From an uncultured cyanobacterium (lineage in GTDB: Bacteria; Cyanobacteriota; Cyanobacteriia; Phormidesmidales; Phormidesmidaceae), in contig CAWBZI010000003.1 of assembly GCA_963793265.1 (NCBI GenBank), positions 32,001 to 96,000 of the forward strand: a stretch of 64,000 nucleotides of DNA. Reading direction: 5' to 3'. Position numbers and translations under genes: made by a program. Positions 29,153 to 39,031 of this stretch are shown piece by piece. The notes under the pieces were generated by a model. It did not search any database and was not told the origin of the DNA. It worked only from the letters and a program-made list of their open reading frames with translations. Numbering within the stretch: the first letter of the stretch is position 1; every line of letters starts with the position of its first letter.

Positions 29153-30827
29153 TTAGTCGGTGAACGCGCTATCAATGGCACCGACTGCAACAGGTTGAGA
29201 TTCAGGGTTAAGGAGAGGTTGCAGGGCGATCGCCTGAGCCTCTTTCATTTGCCCGTAGGTAAACACGCAGGGCGTTCCAGTCGGTAGTATTGGCTGAATT
29301 TGTTGCCACACGTAAGGGCTGCCGTAGACGATGACGGCCTGCACGTTGCGGCCTAGCGCTTGGATGTATTGCTGGGTGATCGCACTCAACCCAACCCCGC
29401 TACGAAACGGATTGCCCCGAATAAAAAGCTGCACCAGGGTAGTCGCTTCTATATCTAATCGATCAACGTCTGCACTTCTGCTATCAACCAGCGTCAAACG
29501 GTAGCCTTGAGCGCCCGGCACCGTCACCGCAGGCGCAGTGCGATCTAAAAACGGGCAGTGCAGCACGTCATCCACGAGCACCAAATTTTGACCGGGAATG
29601 AGAGGGGCGCTGATTGCCTGACCCAGGCTTTTAGCGGGCGCGTGGCTCACCTGCTGAGCACGTTGCAGAATGTCTTTGGCAAGTGCTCTGGTCGGCTCAG
29701 TGGCTAGATACTCAAGCTGAACGGGTGGCACGGCCTGCTGCTGCCAGGCGTGCTGCGAAAAAGAGTCGGTGACGGGTAAGTCGGCAATTCTGTGCTTTCG
29801 CTCGCCAGATGCGTTCGACGGCTCGCAGGATAACCGCTGGCTCGATTCGGCCTTCATTTACCGCCGCACAAACAGCCGCGATCGCCCCTTCCACATTCTC
29901 CGGCATCAGCAGAACATCAACCCCCGCCTCCACCGCTAGCACCGCCGCTTCATCTGCGCCGTAGTGCTGAGTAATGCCACCCATCACCAGCGCGTCGGTT
30001 ACAATCAGCCCGTCAAAGCCCATATCCTGCCGCAGCAGGCCGCTGAGAGTCACTTTGGAGAGCGTAGCGGGATACTCAGGGTCAACGTTGGGGAGCTGGA
30101 GGTGAGCGGTCATGATGCTGTCTACTTTAGAGGCGATCGCCCGCTCGAAAGGCACCAGTTCCAACGCCTGCAACCGTTCAAAATCGTGAGGCACGACAGG
30201 TAGGCTCAAATGCGAATCCATATCCGTATCGCCATGGCCGGGAAAATGCTTAGCTGATGTCAGCACCGGAAACGCCCGCGCGCCTTCAATAAAAGCACTC
30301 GTCAGCGCTGCTACCGTCTGAGCACTTTCGCCAAAAGCCCGCACGTTAATCACCGGATTAGCCGGGTTATTATTCACATCCACGACTGGAGCCAGCAGCC
30401 AGTTCAGCCCGATTGCCGTAGCTTCTTGAGCAATACTTTCTCCCATCTGCCGCGCCAAATCTACCGCCAAAGGCAAATCCTCGCGCGCAATCTGGCCTAG
30501 TGCCATCGGTGGGGGAAACCACGTCGCCCCGCTAAAGCGCTGCCCGACGCCCTCTTCAATATCAGCCGCCATCAATAGCGGATACTTTGCTAAAGACTGA
30601 AGCTGCTGCGTTCGGACGCCGACTTCAGCCGCACTGCCGCCCAGCAAAATCACGCCACCCACGCCCAGCGCCAGCACCCGCTCTAGCTCAGCATTCGTCG
30701 CCTCCCACTGCGGATAGGCCACCTCATGATCGAATAGATGGCCTGTCGTTCGCACCACGATCATCTGAGCCACCTGCTCAGCGAGGCTTAGCGTTTCGGG
30801 GCTCGGTAATCGCGTCGTTGCCAGCAT
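29153..30827 (-). CDS. GH3 beta-N-acetylhexosaminidase (NagZ-like), apparent +1 frameshift at 29796-29798
   Basis: ADIEEGVGQRF, KHFPGHGDTDMDSH, IMTAH, IVTDALVMG; C-terminal LFIRGNPFR/YGSPY in a second frame. Confidence 0.9.
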
Positions 30828-30854
30828 GTCAGGGCGTCCACCGTTCAATTTCTT

Positions 30855-31259
30855 CTAAGTATCTGCTTCGCTCGTCTCTTCAGCATCAATCGAGTCTCCT
30901 GCCTTTCGCTCAGCGCTAATTTGATTGATTACGTTGAGCACATCTGTCGCCAAGTCAAACGAGCGGTCTTCTTTAAAAGTAACTTCAGGCGTTCGCCTCA
31001 GCTTCATTCGCTGCCCTAGCTCCCGGCGTACGTAGCCCTGAGCGGCTCTAAGCCCTTCCATCGTCTCAGCTTTAGCCTCATCAGTGCCATAGATGCTGAC
31101 AAATATCTTGGCGTGCTGCAAATCGCCAGCGACATCTACATCGGTAATGCTGACCATACCCGCACCCACGCGGTCGTCTTTGATGCCGTTGATAAGCATC
31201 TGACTGACTTCGCGCTTGATGGCCGTCGAAACTCGCGCGACTCTTCTGCTGGTAGCCAT
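30855..31259 (-). CDS. rbfA: Ribosome-binding factor A
   Basis: [34 protein letters not shown]. Confidence 0.97.
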   Translation of the reverse strand: MATSRRVARVSTAIKREVSQMLINGIKDDRVGAGMVSITDVDVAGDLQHAKIFVSIYGTDEAKAETMEGLRAAQGYVRRELGQRMKLRRTPEVTFKEDRSFDLATDVLNVINQISAERKAGDSIDAEETSEADT

Positions 31260-31317
31260 AGTGGTTTAAAAGGAGTGATTCAAAAGGGCAAGCGTACTGT
31301 CGAGAACGTGCTTGTTG

Positions 31318-31515
31318 TCAGGCGATTCCTAGCATGGCCTGGAGGGTAAAGGTGAGGCCAATCATGCCTGCGATCAGGGCGCTAATGAGTGCGATCGCTG
31401 TAAAAGGATTGTTTAGCAACGGCCCTAAAGGGGCGAGCGCGTTGTACAAAATGCCGAAGGTAAAGCTGATCAGATAGCGAGGATAGCGAGAAACATTGTT
31501 GATAAATTCTTCCAT
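31318..31515 (-). CDS. DUF751 family membrane protein
   Basis: FINNVSRYPRYLIS...FTLQAMLG; upstream of rbfA. Confidence 0.88.
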   Translation of the reverse strand: MEEFINNVSRYPRYLISFTFGILYNALAPLGPLLNNPFTAIALISALIAGMIGLTFTLQAMLGIA

Positions 31516-31602
31516 GGTGTCAGTCGGGGGCGGATGTGCGCTTCACTTAAGCTATCCTACCGCAAGCGATATTTAACGGTTGCTTACCTACATAGCCTTT
31601 TT

Positions 31603-32493
31603 ATGGCCAACGCTCCTTTTCCTTCGGCTAATGCTGTTTCAGGCCATACGGTTTCGGCTAATACCGCGCAGATGCGCGCGATCGCCCGTCCCTTTCTCAA
31701 ATGGGCAGGTGGCAAAGCACGACTCATCGACCAGTACAAGCCATTTTTACCCGTCGAGTTTGGCAGCTATCACGAACCATTCTTAGGCGGCGGTGCGCTG
31801 TTTTTCCATCTGGCCGCGCGGCTACAGGCACAGGGAAAGAAGGCTTATTTGAGCGATCTCAATCCTGAGCTGGTGAACGTGTATCAGTGTGTGCGTGACC
31901 ATGTAGAACCGCTGATTGTGCTACTCAAAGAGCATCAGGAGCGACATGGAGAAGCGCGGTATTATGAGGTGCGATCGCACATACAAACCGACCCCATCAA
32001 ACGAGCTGCCCGCTTCATCTACCTCAACAAAACCTGTTACAACGGCCTCTATCGTGAAAACGCCAAAGGACTTTTCAACGTCCCGATTGGTCGCTACAAA
32101 AACCCCAAAATCTGCGCCCCCGAACTGCTGCGCCCGGCCTCGGCGGCCCTTCAGCTAGCCGACATCTCGCAGCGCCCTTTCTCAGCAGTCATAGAGAGCG
32201 CCCAAAGCAACGACTTTGTTTACTTCGATCCGCCCTATCAGCCGCTTAGCGCTACTAGCAAGTTCACCGCCTACAGCCGCTACCGCTTCGGTGAAGCCGA
32301 GCAAATAGAACTCAAAAACCTGATTGCTCAGCTCGCAGCAAAGAAAGTGCAGGTACTTACCTCTAACTCCGACTGCCCTTTCATTCGCGAGCTATACAGC
32401 GACTTTCAAATCAAAATCATTACGGCTGCTCGCTCCATTAATTCTAAGGGCAGCAAGCGCGGCAAGATTACGGAAGTATTAGCGATCGCCTAA
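31603..32493 (+). CDS. dam: Dam-family DNA adenine methyltransferase
   Basis: PFLKWAGGK, EPFLGGGA, YNGLYREN, FVYFDPPY. Confidence 0.92.
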   Translation: MANAPFPSANAVSGHTVSANTAQMRAIARPFLKWAGGKARLIDQYKPFLPVEFGSYHEPFLGGGALFFHLAARLQAQGKKAYLSDLNPELVNVYQCVRDHVEPLIVLLKEHQERHGEARYYEVRSHIQTDPIKRAARFIYLNKTCYNGLYRENAKGLFNVPIGRYKNPKICAPELLRPASAALQLADISQRPFSAVIESAQSNDFVYFDPPYQPLSATSKFTAYSRYRFGEAEQIELKNLIAQLAAKKVQVLTSNSDCPFIRELYSDFQIKIITAARSINSKGSKRGKITEVLAIA

Positions 32494-32627
32494 GCAACCC
32501 GCTGAGGATTGAACTATTAGCAAAAAAGACCAAAAAGAAAGGAAGCGATCGCTTTCATTGCAATCCACTTCCTTTCCTAACTTAGCTTTCTAAGCCTTAT
32601 TAATTACGAACTTACGTTCAACACAAC

Positions 32628-33128
32628 CTACTGATCGTAGCTACCACCGACGCTAATAGGCGTATTCAAAACATCCGCGCCTACGAGATCCACATCATTA
32701 ACATCCGCACCATCAAGACTGGTATAAATCAGTGTCGAATCTGATAGGTCAACGTTGCTAATTAGCGTGTCGTCTAAAAGCGCATTGGTTAAAAAAGCAC
32801 CGCTCAAATCAGTATCTACTAACGTTGCACCCGTTAAATCCGCGCCCTCTAAGTTGGCATAGGATAGAGTCGCACCTGTCAGGTCTGCATCTCTTAAGTC
32901 AACGCCAATTAGGTGTGCGCCTGTTAAGTTTGCGTTCGATAAATCACATGACTGGCACATGCCTGTCTCTAGTAGCTGAGCAACGTCTTGATCGTTAGCG
33001 GCCTGTGCTGGTGCGGCGATTACTGTAGTCGCTAAACCTACAGATGCGATCGCCGACAAAGCAGCCATCCCAGAGAGTTCAGGTAAACAGTTAAATAATC
33101 TAGTTGATAGTTTCATGAACTTTTTCAA
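32628..33128 (-). CDS. Secreted pentapeptide-repeat protein
   Basis: Signal-like N-terminus, LLETGMCQSCDL, A(D/N)LxG repeats. Confidence 0.9.
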   Translation of the reverse strand: MKKFMKLSTRLFNCLPELSGMAALSAIASVGLATTVIAAPAQAANDQDVAQLLETGMCQSCDLSNANLTGAHLIGVDLRDADLTGATLSYANLEGADLTGATLVDTDLSGAFLTNALLDDTLISNVDLSDSTLIYTSLDGADVNDVDLVGADVLNTPISVGGSYDQ

Positions 33129-33454
33129 CCTCCTCTATATCTTGGTACTTCCAGCTCGCTCTTTGGCAAACCCTTTTACCACTAAGCAAAGATTGAAAGT
33201 TCGTTTTTGAAGCGCTTTTCTTAAAGACAATTTACTTCAAATTCGTGTCTATATACTAACAGTTTCACTAATCGCAAACATCTGACCACAGGTAGGGTTT
33301 CCCGTCATCAATAACAGCAAAAGGAACTAATAAATACTTGTATTAATTCAAACATTGTTATTGGCACTGGTACTATGCATGTTTCAAAGCAAGAGATCGG
33401 TGTAAGCTATGGGCAATTCTTTGGTACCCTCTTAAGCCCTGGCTCGCCGTAGAT

Positions 33455-34390
33455 ATGGATGCGCTTCTCCTGACTGTTTATTTTTTAGTCGTCTTTTACG
33501 TGCTGTATAAGATGTCGCTGTCACTTGAAGACGATTTGGAAGACAAAGTTGATATTTTCGTTGATGAGAATGTATTAAAAGAGCAAACGCAGTCTCAGAT
33601 CTCTCAGCAGCGAAATACGCGAAATATCGAGGCGCGCGTCAGGCATATCGGCTTCGGTAAGAAAAAGAAAATCAATCGCCCGGTGCTGGTTTTGGTATTC
33701 GACGCGAAAGACGATAAGCCTATTAGCCCAGTTGAAAAGGCAGTGCAGGAGAAGCTGAAGCTCAGCGACGAGATGATGCAGGAGTATCTTCACCCCAAAA
33801 TTATGATCCGCATTGCGCCGACTAACGAGCAGCCGCTTAAGCCAATCACGTTTTCGTCGGTTTCAATTAATAACGATACGGGCGACATGCAGGTGTATGT
33901 CAACTGGGATCGCAGCTCTATAGAAATGATGGGGCAGGGCAATCGAATTATTCGCAGTACGCCGAATGTGCCAGTGGAGCTGTCGCGATCGCAGGTCAAT
34001 ACCGTCGTAAATCCAGCGATGATGGTCACCTCCAACGTCACGATGGAGCGCAAGTTCAACCGTAATCCTGAGACGAACCTGATTGCGCAAGTGCCTCAGC
34101 CATTGATTGACCTTAAAGAAACAGTAGAGCTTTCTAAACTCACCGATCCCACTATTGACGAAGACAACGTTAAGCACCTCTACACGCTCGATCTAATGAT
34201 TGGGATCAAGCATCGCTCTGCGCCTGATAGCGAAATGATGAGCATTCTGGTGCCCTTCATCTTTAATATGAAGATCAAGGTAGATAAGCCTGCTTTTCCG
34301 CCTTTGCGATGGTGGCTGCGGCAGGTGGGGCGGCGCAATCCGTCTCAGGGCAATTGGTTTTGGGGAAGCAGACCCAGAGAGAATCGGTAG
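33455..34390 (+). CDS. Hypothetical protein with N-terminal TM helix
   Basis: 311-aa ORF; LLLTVYFLVVFYVLY; VYVNWDRSS motif. Confidence 0.75.
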   Translation: MDALLLTVYFLVVFYVLYKMSLSLEDDLEDKVDIFVDENVLKEQTQSQISQQRNTRNIEARVRHIGFGKKKKINRPVLVLVFDAKDDKPISPVEKAVQEKLKLSDEMMQEYLHPKIMIRIAPTNEQPLKPITFSSVSINNDTGDMQVYVNWDRSSIEMMGQGNRIIRSTPNVPVELSRSQVNTVVNPAMMVTSNVTMERKFNRNPETNLIAQVPQPLIDLKETVELSKLTDPTIDEDNVKHLYTLDLMIGIKHRSAPDSEMMSILVPFIFNMKIKVDKPAFPPLRWWLRQVGRRNPSQGNWFWGSRPRENR

Positions 34391-34451
34391 GGAAAATTTG
34401 ACAGCAAAAAACTGACAGGCTCGCTCACTAGAGGCTATACACTATGAGCAT

Positions 34452-34861
34452 AGAGCTGGCTCAGTGGTTGCGGGCAAATAGCATGGGCTGCAAGGTCTGT
34501 TTGTTTGCCTGAGGAAAGTCCGGGCTCCCCAAAAGCCAAACTTGCTGGGTAACGCCCAGTGCGGGCGACCGTGAGGAGAGTGCCACAGAAACATACCGCC
34601 GATGGTCGTAGGGCGGGTTCCCAAACCCGCCGCCACGTCACAGGTAAGGGTGCAAGGGTGCGGTAAGAGCGCACCGACAGCATCGAGAGGTGCTGTGCCA
34701 GGTAAACCCCGGTTGGGTGCAAGGCCATAGGAGCACACGGTTGGCTTTTTACCGGCTCCGACAAAGCGCGCCGCTTGAGGCGTTTGGTAACAAACGTCCC
34801 AGATAGATAACCACCCTACAAAGCAATTTGTAGGAACAGAACCCGGCTTAGGTCCAGCTCT
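34452..34861 (+). ncRNA. rnpB: RNase P RNA, class A
   Basis: GAGGAAAGTCCGGGCTCC, AGTGCCACAGAAA, GGTGCGGTAAGAGCGCACC, GGTAAACCCC, AGATAGATAACC, AACAGAACCCGGCTTA; terminal stem AGAGCTGG/CCAGCTCT. Confidence 0.98.
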
Positions 34862-34897
34862 ACCTCTATTTTTACCTGCTTTTTTTGTTTGCTTTTA

Positions 34898-35611
34898 ATG
34901 ACGGCTGATACTTACACCTACCTCAATCCGCTCATTACACAGCTCGGCATTCCAGCCAACAAGATTAGGCTGGATTTACTGCATCTGTCGCTGATTGATA
35001 TTTCTAGCTCAGCGAGTGAGAATAATGAAAAGCTAGAGTTTTTAGGCGATGCGGCGCTAAGGCTGGCAGCGGCTGAGTTTTTGATGGAGCGCTACCCGGA
35101 TATGGCGCTCGGTGAAATGTCGGCAGTCAGATCGCAAATTGTGAGCGATCGCATCCTTTCTACCATCGCCAACCACTACCACCTCAAACGCTACCTTCAG
35201 CTTTCTAAAAGCGCCCAGGGCGACAAAGCCGGTACCGCCTCACGCCTGGCCGATGCCCTGGAAGCTATTCTAGGTGCGCTGTACATGAGCGCAGGCAATA
35301 TCAGTCTAATTCGCCCCTGGCTAGATCCTCACTTTGAGCGGCTAACCAATGAGCTGAGCGGCGATCCGGCTAAGCAAAACTATAAGGCGGCAGCGCAAGA
35401 GCTAACGCAGGCGTATTTCAAATCTTTGCCCACTTACGAAGTCATTGAGATTAGTCAGGTGCACGGCGACGAAGAACGCTTTCAGGCGCAGATGTGGTTT
35501 CAGGGCAAGCTGTGGGGTGAGGGCAAGGGTCGTTCGATCAAGATGGCTGAGCAGGCAGCGGCGAAGATTGGCTTTGCGGCGCTGCGGCGAATGGTTGCCC
35601 AGACTCAATAA
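34898..35611 (+). CDS. rnc: Ribonuclease III
   Basis: NEKLEFLGDA, LADALEAILGALY, C-terminal dsRBD (GKGRSIKMAEQAAA). Confidence 0.95.
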   Translation: MTADTYTYLNPLITQLGIPANKIRLDLLHLSLIDISSSASENNEKLEFLGDAALRLAAAEFLMERYPDMALGEMSAVRSQIVSDRILSTIANHYHLKRYLQLSKSAQGDKAGTASRLADALEAILGALYMSAGNISLIRPWLDPHFERLTNELSGDPAKQNYKAAAQELTQAYFKSLPTYEVIEISQVHGDEERFQAQMWFQGKLWGEGKGRSIKMAEQAAAKIGFAALRRMVAQTQ

Positions 35612-35634
35612 AGTATCTGTGGAAAAGCTAGCTT

Positions 35635-36684
35635 ATGTCATCTTCTTCCAATCCTGCGCAGCCAAAACCGATTGATATCGCCTTGTTTGGCGTCGGTCGC
35701 TGGGGCACTCATTTATTACGTAATTTTTTGGCGCACCCGCAGGTAAGGGTGAGGGCGGTCGTGGAGGCTTCGGCGGAGAGACTAGCGGCAATTGCACCTG
35801 ACTTAGATCCGTCTATTGAGCTGATGAGTGATTGGCGAGCGGCGATGGCGATGGAGGGGTTGGAAGGGTGTGCGATCGCAACCCCAGCCGCCACCCACTA
35901 CGACCTGATTAAAACCGCGCTTCACAAAGACCTCCATGTCCTTGCTGAAAAGCCGCTCACCCTAGACGTTGCCAGCTCAAAGGCCCTGTGCGACTTAGCC
36001 AAACAAAAGCAGCGCCAGCTCGTCATCGACCACACCTACCTCTTCCACAGCGCCGTCACCACTGGCAAAACCGCCGTCAAAGACATTGGCACCCCTCGCT
36101 ACGGCTACGCCACCCGCACCCACATCGGCCCCGTCCGCCGCGATGTCGATGCCCTATGGGACTTAGCCATTCACGACATTTCTATCTTTAACCACTGGCT
36201 AGGTGAAAGCCCCGTGCAGGTGCAGGCGCAGGGCAGCAGTTGGCTTCAGCCCGATATTAAAACGCCGCTTTCGCCCAACGGGTTAGCAGACGTGGTGTGG
36301 TGTCGGTTGCAGTATCCCAGCGGATTTCAGGCGACGATTCATTTGTGCTGGGCAAATCCTGATAAGCAGCGGCGGCTTTGCGTGGTGGGCGATCGCGCCA
36401 CCCTCATTTTCGACGAAATGAACCCGTCTAATCCACTCACTCAACAGCAGGGAGACTTCGCTGAAGACGACGGCTGGTTTACACCCCAAAACATAGCCAC
36501 AAACGCTATTTTAATTCCCCCATCTGAGCCACTAAAGAACGTATGCGATCATTTTGTGGGATGCGTTCAACAAAATGCGCCATCAGTCATTTCATCAGGA
36601 GAAACAGGCACAAACCTAGTCGCGGTACTGGTTGCACTATCGAGTTCTATGAAGCAAAAAGGCGCTTGGACACCTGTGCAATAG
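35635..36684 (+). CDS. Gfo/Idh/MocA oxidoreductase
   Basis: GVGRWG, ATPAATH, HVLAEKP, WDLAIHD. Confidence 0.92.
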   Translation: MSSSSNPAQPKPIDIALFGVGRWGTHLLRNFLAHPQVRVRAVVEASAERLAAIAPDLDPSIELMSDWRAAMAMEGLEGCAIATPAATHYDLIKTALHKDLHVLAEKPLTLDVASSKALCDLAKQKQRQLVIDHTYLFHSAVTTGKTAVKDIGTPRYGYATRTHIGPVRRDVDALWDLAIHDISIFNHWLGESPVQVQAQGSSWLQPDIKTPLSPNGLADVVWCRLQYPSGFQATIHLCWANPDKQRRLCVVGDRATLIFDEMNPSNPLTQQQGDFAEDDGWFTPQNIATNAILIPPSEPLKNVCDHFVGCVQQNAPSVISSGETGTNLVAVLVALSSSMKQKGAWTPVQ

Positions 36685-36819
36685 CCACAGCCTCTTTCCT
36701 AACGCTATAGTCAACGCAACCTAGTCCTAATGAATGCGCGTAATATTTCTTTAGACAGACGCTAGCAATAGCGACTTTTATTAACTTATATATATCAACC
36801 TTTTCTAGTAGGAAAAAAC

Positions 36820-37050
36820 ATGACAAGCCCAAAAACACCTGTAACCACACCAAACCTAGAGCAGCCCTATGTAGAGCCTGCAACTAGCTGGAAAGCTGGC
36901 TTCGTACCCAGTGCAGAAATCTGGAACGGTCGCCTAGCTATGTTTGGCTTCTTGGCTGCTGCTCTTACCGAAGTCTTCACGGGCCAAGGCTTCCTCCACT
37001 TCTGGGGCCTAGTGAACAACGTAGCCGCATCTACAACTACACTTCCATAA
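36820..37050 (+). CDS. High-light-inducible protein (HliP/SCP)
   Basis: AEIWNGRLAMFGF chlorophyll-binding motif. Confidence 0.93.
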   Translation: MTSPKTPVTTPNLEQPYVEPATSWKAGFVPSAEIWNGRLAMFGFLAAALTEVFTGQGFLHFWGLVNNVAASTTTLP

Positions 37051-37082
37051 GTTTCTAGATACGGTTCGTTAAGAACTTATTG

Positions 37083-37120
37083 CGGCGCTAACTTTACTGT
37101 TAGCGCCGCTTTGTTTTGTT
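37083..37120 (+). terminator. Rho-independent terminator after hli
   Basis: GCGGCGCTAAC-TTTACT-GTTAGCGCCGC followed by TTTGTTTTGTT. Confidence 0.8.
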
Positions 37121-37219
37121 CATTATTAAAAATGCCCTATACGCCCCACCCAATTGCGAGTAACTTTATCCAATCAGGAATGACTCCGCCCATGCACACT
37201 AACGGCTTCGAGAAGTAAT

Positions 37220-37639
37220 TTATGGCAACAGCTCAAACATCTCGGAGCTAGTAACTAAGTCCGTGTATCCCTTTGCTCTTAGACCGTCGCTTAGTTTTTT
37301 ATCATTCGTCCACAAAGACACACCCAAATCTATACTCAATGCAACAAACGGAATATCTGCCGGATCGATATCTCCACATAGACTATGTGCCCGCATGAAG
37401 CTTCCAGATTCAATTGCTATGTTTGGAATGACGGTGATATACGTGAACAGCTTTTGAGTGAAAAGTTTTAGGTACTCATCCAGACTAGCCCGCTGTTTTA
37501 TCCGCGCCTCATATCTAGCAATCTCTATAAAAATAAAATCAGGTACATATACATCAGACATCTCAAAGATTTCTAGATAGATAGCTTTGCCACTGATTAA
37601 AGCAGAGAACAAAACATTTGCATCGGCAACTACTTTCAC
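37220..37639 (-). CDS. PIN-domain (VapC-like) toxin
   Basis: MKVVADANVLFSAL, DIDPADIPFVALS, LWTNDKKL. Confidence 0.88.
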   Translation of the reverse strand: MKVVADANVLFSALISGKAIYLEIFEMSDVYVPDFIFIEIARYEARIKQRASLDEYLKLFTQKLFTYITVIPNIAIESGSFMRAHSLCGDIDPADIPFVALSIDLGVSLWTNDKKLSDGLRAKGYTDLVTSSEMFELLP

Positions 37640-37642
37640 AGG

Positions 37643-37867
37643 CTACAGTCCAATTTCTTTTCGATAGATCTCCCAAGCTTCCTTTCGAGCCAAATCTACT
37701 TCTCTCCAGTAATCCTCCTCACTCCAATCCTCTCTAATAGCATCAGAAAGTTGAGTAAATGCAATTCGCAACTGCATTCGATTTATGCTGGCTTGCACCT
37801 CTTTCTCCACAGCTTTTTTACCAAGCTTGAGCAAGTCTTGCTCAGAAACTTCAATTTCTAGTTTCAT
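37643..37867 (-). CDS. Putative antitoxin
   Basis: 74-aa ORF directly upstream of the PIN gene; acidic C-terminus with ARKEAW. Confidence 0.7.
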   Translation of the reverse strand: MKLEIEVSEQDLLKLGKKAVEKEVQASINRMQLRIAFTQLSDAIREDWSEEDYWREVDLARKEAWEIYRKEIGL

Positions 37868-37921
37868 CTTTGTTAATTACCTCAGAAAGTAGAGTATCGA
37901 TTGATGGAGACATCTATAGAG

Positions 37922-39004
37922 CTAATATTTAACTCGCCAGATACAAGCTGCTCTTTCAGCCATTACCTTTTGCCGATTTTCAATAGAAAGCTCATTCCAA
38001 TCGTCAGATTCAATCTCTCTCGTGATTTTATAGCTGCTCTCTCTATACTGCTCTCTTTTCACCTCGTATGGCTCCGTATCAATGGATACGTTCTTAGACT
38101 TCTCTAGAGGGGTCATGTTGCCAAGGCGATAAACCGCGTCGTCTATTGTATCTTCATTGAATTCCTTACGCCAAACTGAAGTTGGATGCTGAGGGAGAAT
38201 GTGATCTATTGTGCATCTATTGTCATCAGCAGGTCTTCCTAAAGCGTCTCTCTCTAACTCGCTTAAGATATATTTCACTAGCTTCTTCTTTTTGTTCTGT
38301 TTTGTAGATATAGATATCACTGAAAAGTCTTGCTTGAACTTATCATCAACGTAGGCATTAACCTGATCCTCTACACTAATCTGAATAAATAAGAGTCTTT
38401 GAGCGACAGTATTAGTAAGAAATTCCGATAGCGATGCGCCATCTTTTACAACTTTTGGTAAAGAGTCTAATTTTTTAGAAAAATAGCTAAAAGCTGCCCA
38501 TAGCAACTGCTCGGATTTCTTAAGACTCCGCGTCGAGTTAGGAACGCGAGCCCTGACTAAATAGCTTTGGTAGAAATCGCCGTCGTTGGCATTCAATACA
38601 AGCTTACTTGAATAATGAAGCGAAACGGAATCTGTATCACCTATATATGTTCTCTTTAAGATTTCTATCCGCTGATTATTTTTCTCAGGGTCTATCTCTG
38701 CCTCTACAAGCTTACTAATTTTGTCTATAACAGCGAGTGCTAAGATGCTTAGAGTCGCAAATCTTTGTTGTCCATCAATGATAGTGATATTGTCGCTATC
38801 TTTAGATACTTGTAAAACAATCGCACCCATGTAATGGATACTTTTTTTATCGTGCGTTTTAACGATGTCATCCCAAAGATCTTGCCAGTTATCTAAGTCC
38901 CAAGAATAATCGCGTTGATAAGCTGGAACCCTATATATCTTACGGTTGCCAAGAAGGTCACTAAAATTAGCGGTGTGCGTTTCTAATAAGGTATTTGTGG
39001 CCAT
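37922..39004 (-). CDS. DUF262-DUF1524 (GmrSD/SspE-like) protein, probably internally deleted
   Basis: VPAYQRDYSW, IIDGQQR; C-terminal HNH-like IDHILPQ...RLGNMTPLEKSKN; FETLNxRG motif missing. Confidence 0.82.
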   Translation of the reverse strand: MATNTLLETHTANFSDLLGNRKIYRVPAYQRDYSWDLDNWQDLWDDIVKTHDKKSIHYMGAIVLQVSKDSDNITIIDGQQRFATLSILALAVIDKISKLVEAEIDPEKNNQRIEILKRTYIGDTDSVSLHYSSKLVLNANDGDFYQSYLVRARVPNSTRSLKKSEQLLWAAFSYFSKKLDSLPKVVKDGASLSEFLTNTVAQRLLFIQISVEDQVNAYVDDKFKQDFSVISISTKQNKKKKLVKYILSELERDALGRPADDNRCTIDHILPQHPTSVWRKEFNEDTIDDAVYRLGNMTPLEKSKNVSIDTEPYEVKREQYRESSYKITREIESDDWNELSIENRQKVMAERAACIWRVKY

Positions 39005-39031
39005 AACGAAACAGTGGGTTGTAAAAATAAA

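Noticed and set aside
33128..33455. c-di-GMP (GEMM) riboswitch suggested by GGCAAACC
   Set aside because: Other conserved GEMM elements not found, and it is on the opposite strand to the nearest gene start
34435..34764. Two minus-strand ORFs of 98-109 aa
   Set aside because: Overlap the rnpB RNA gene; spurious
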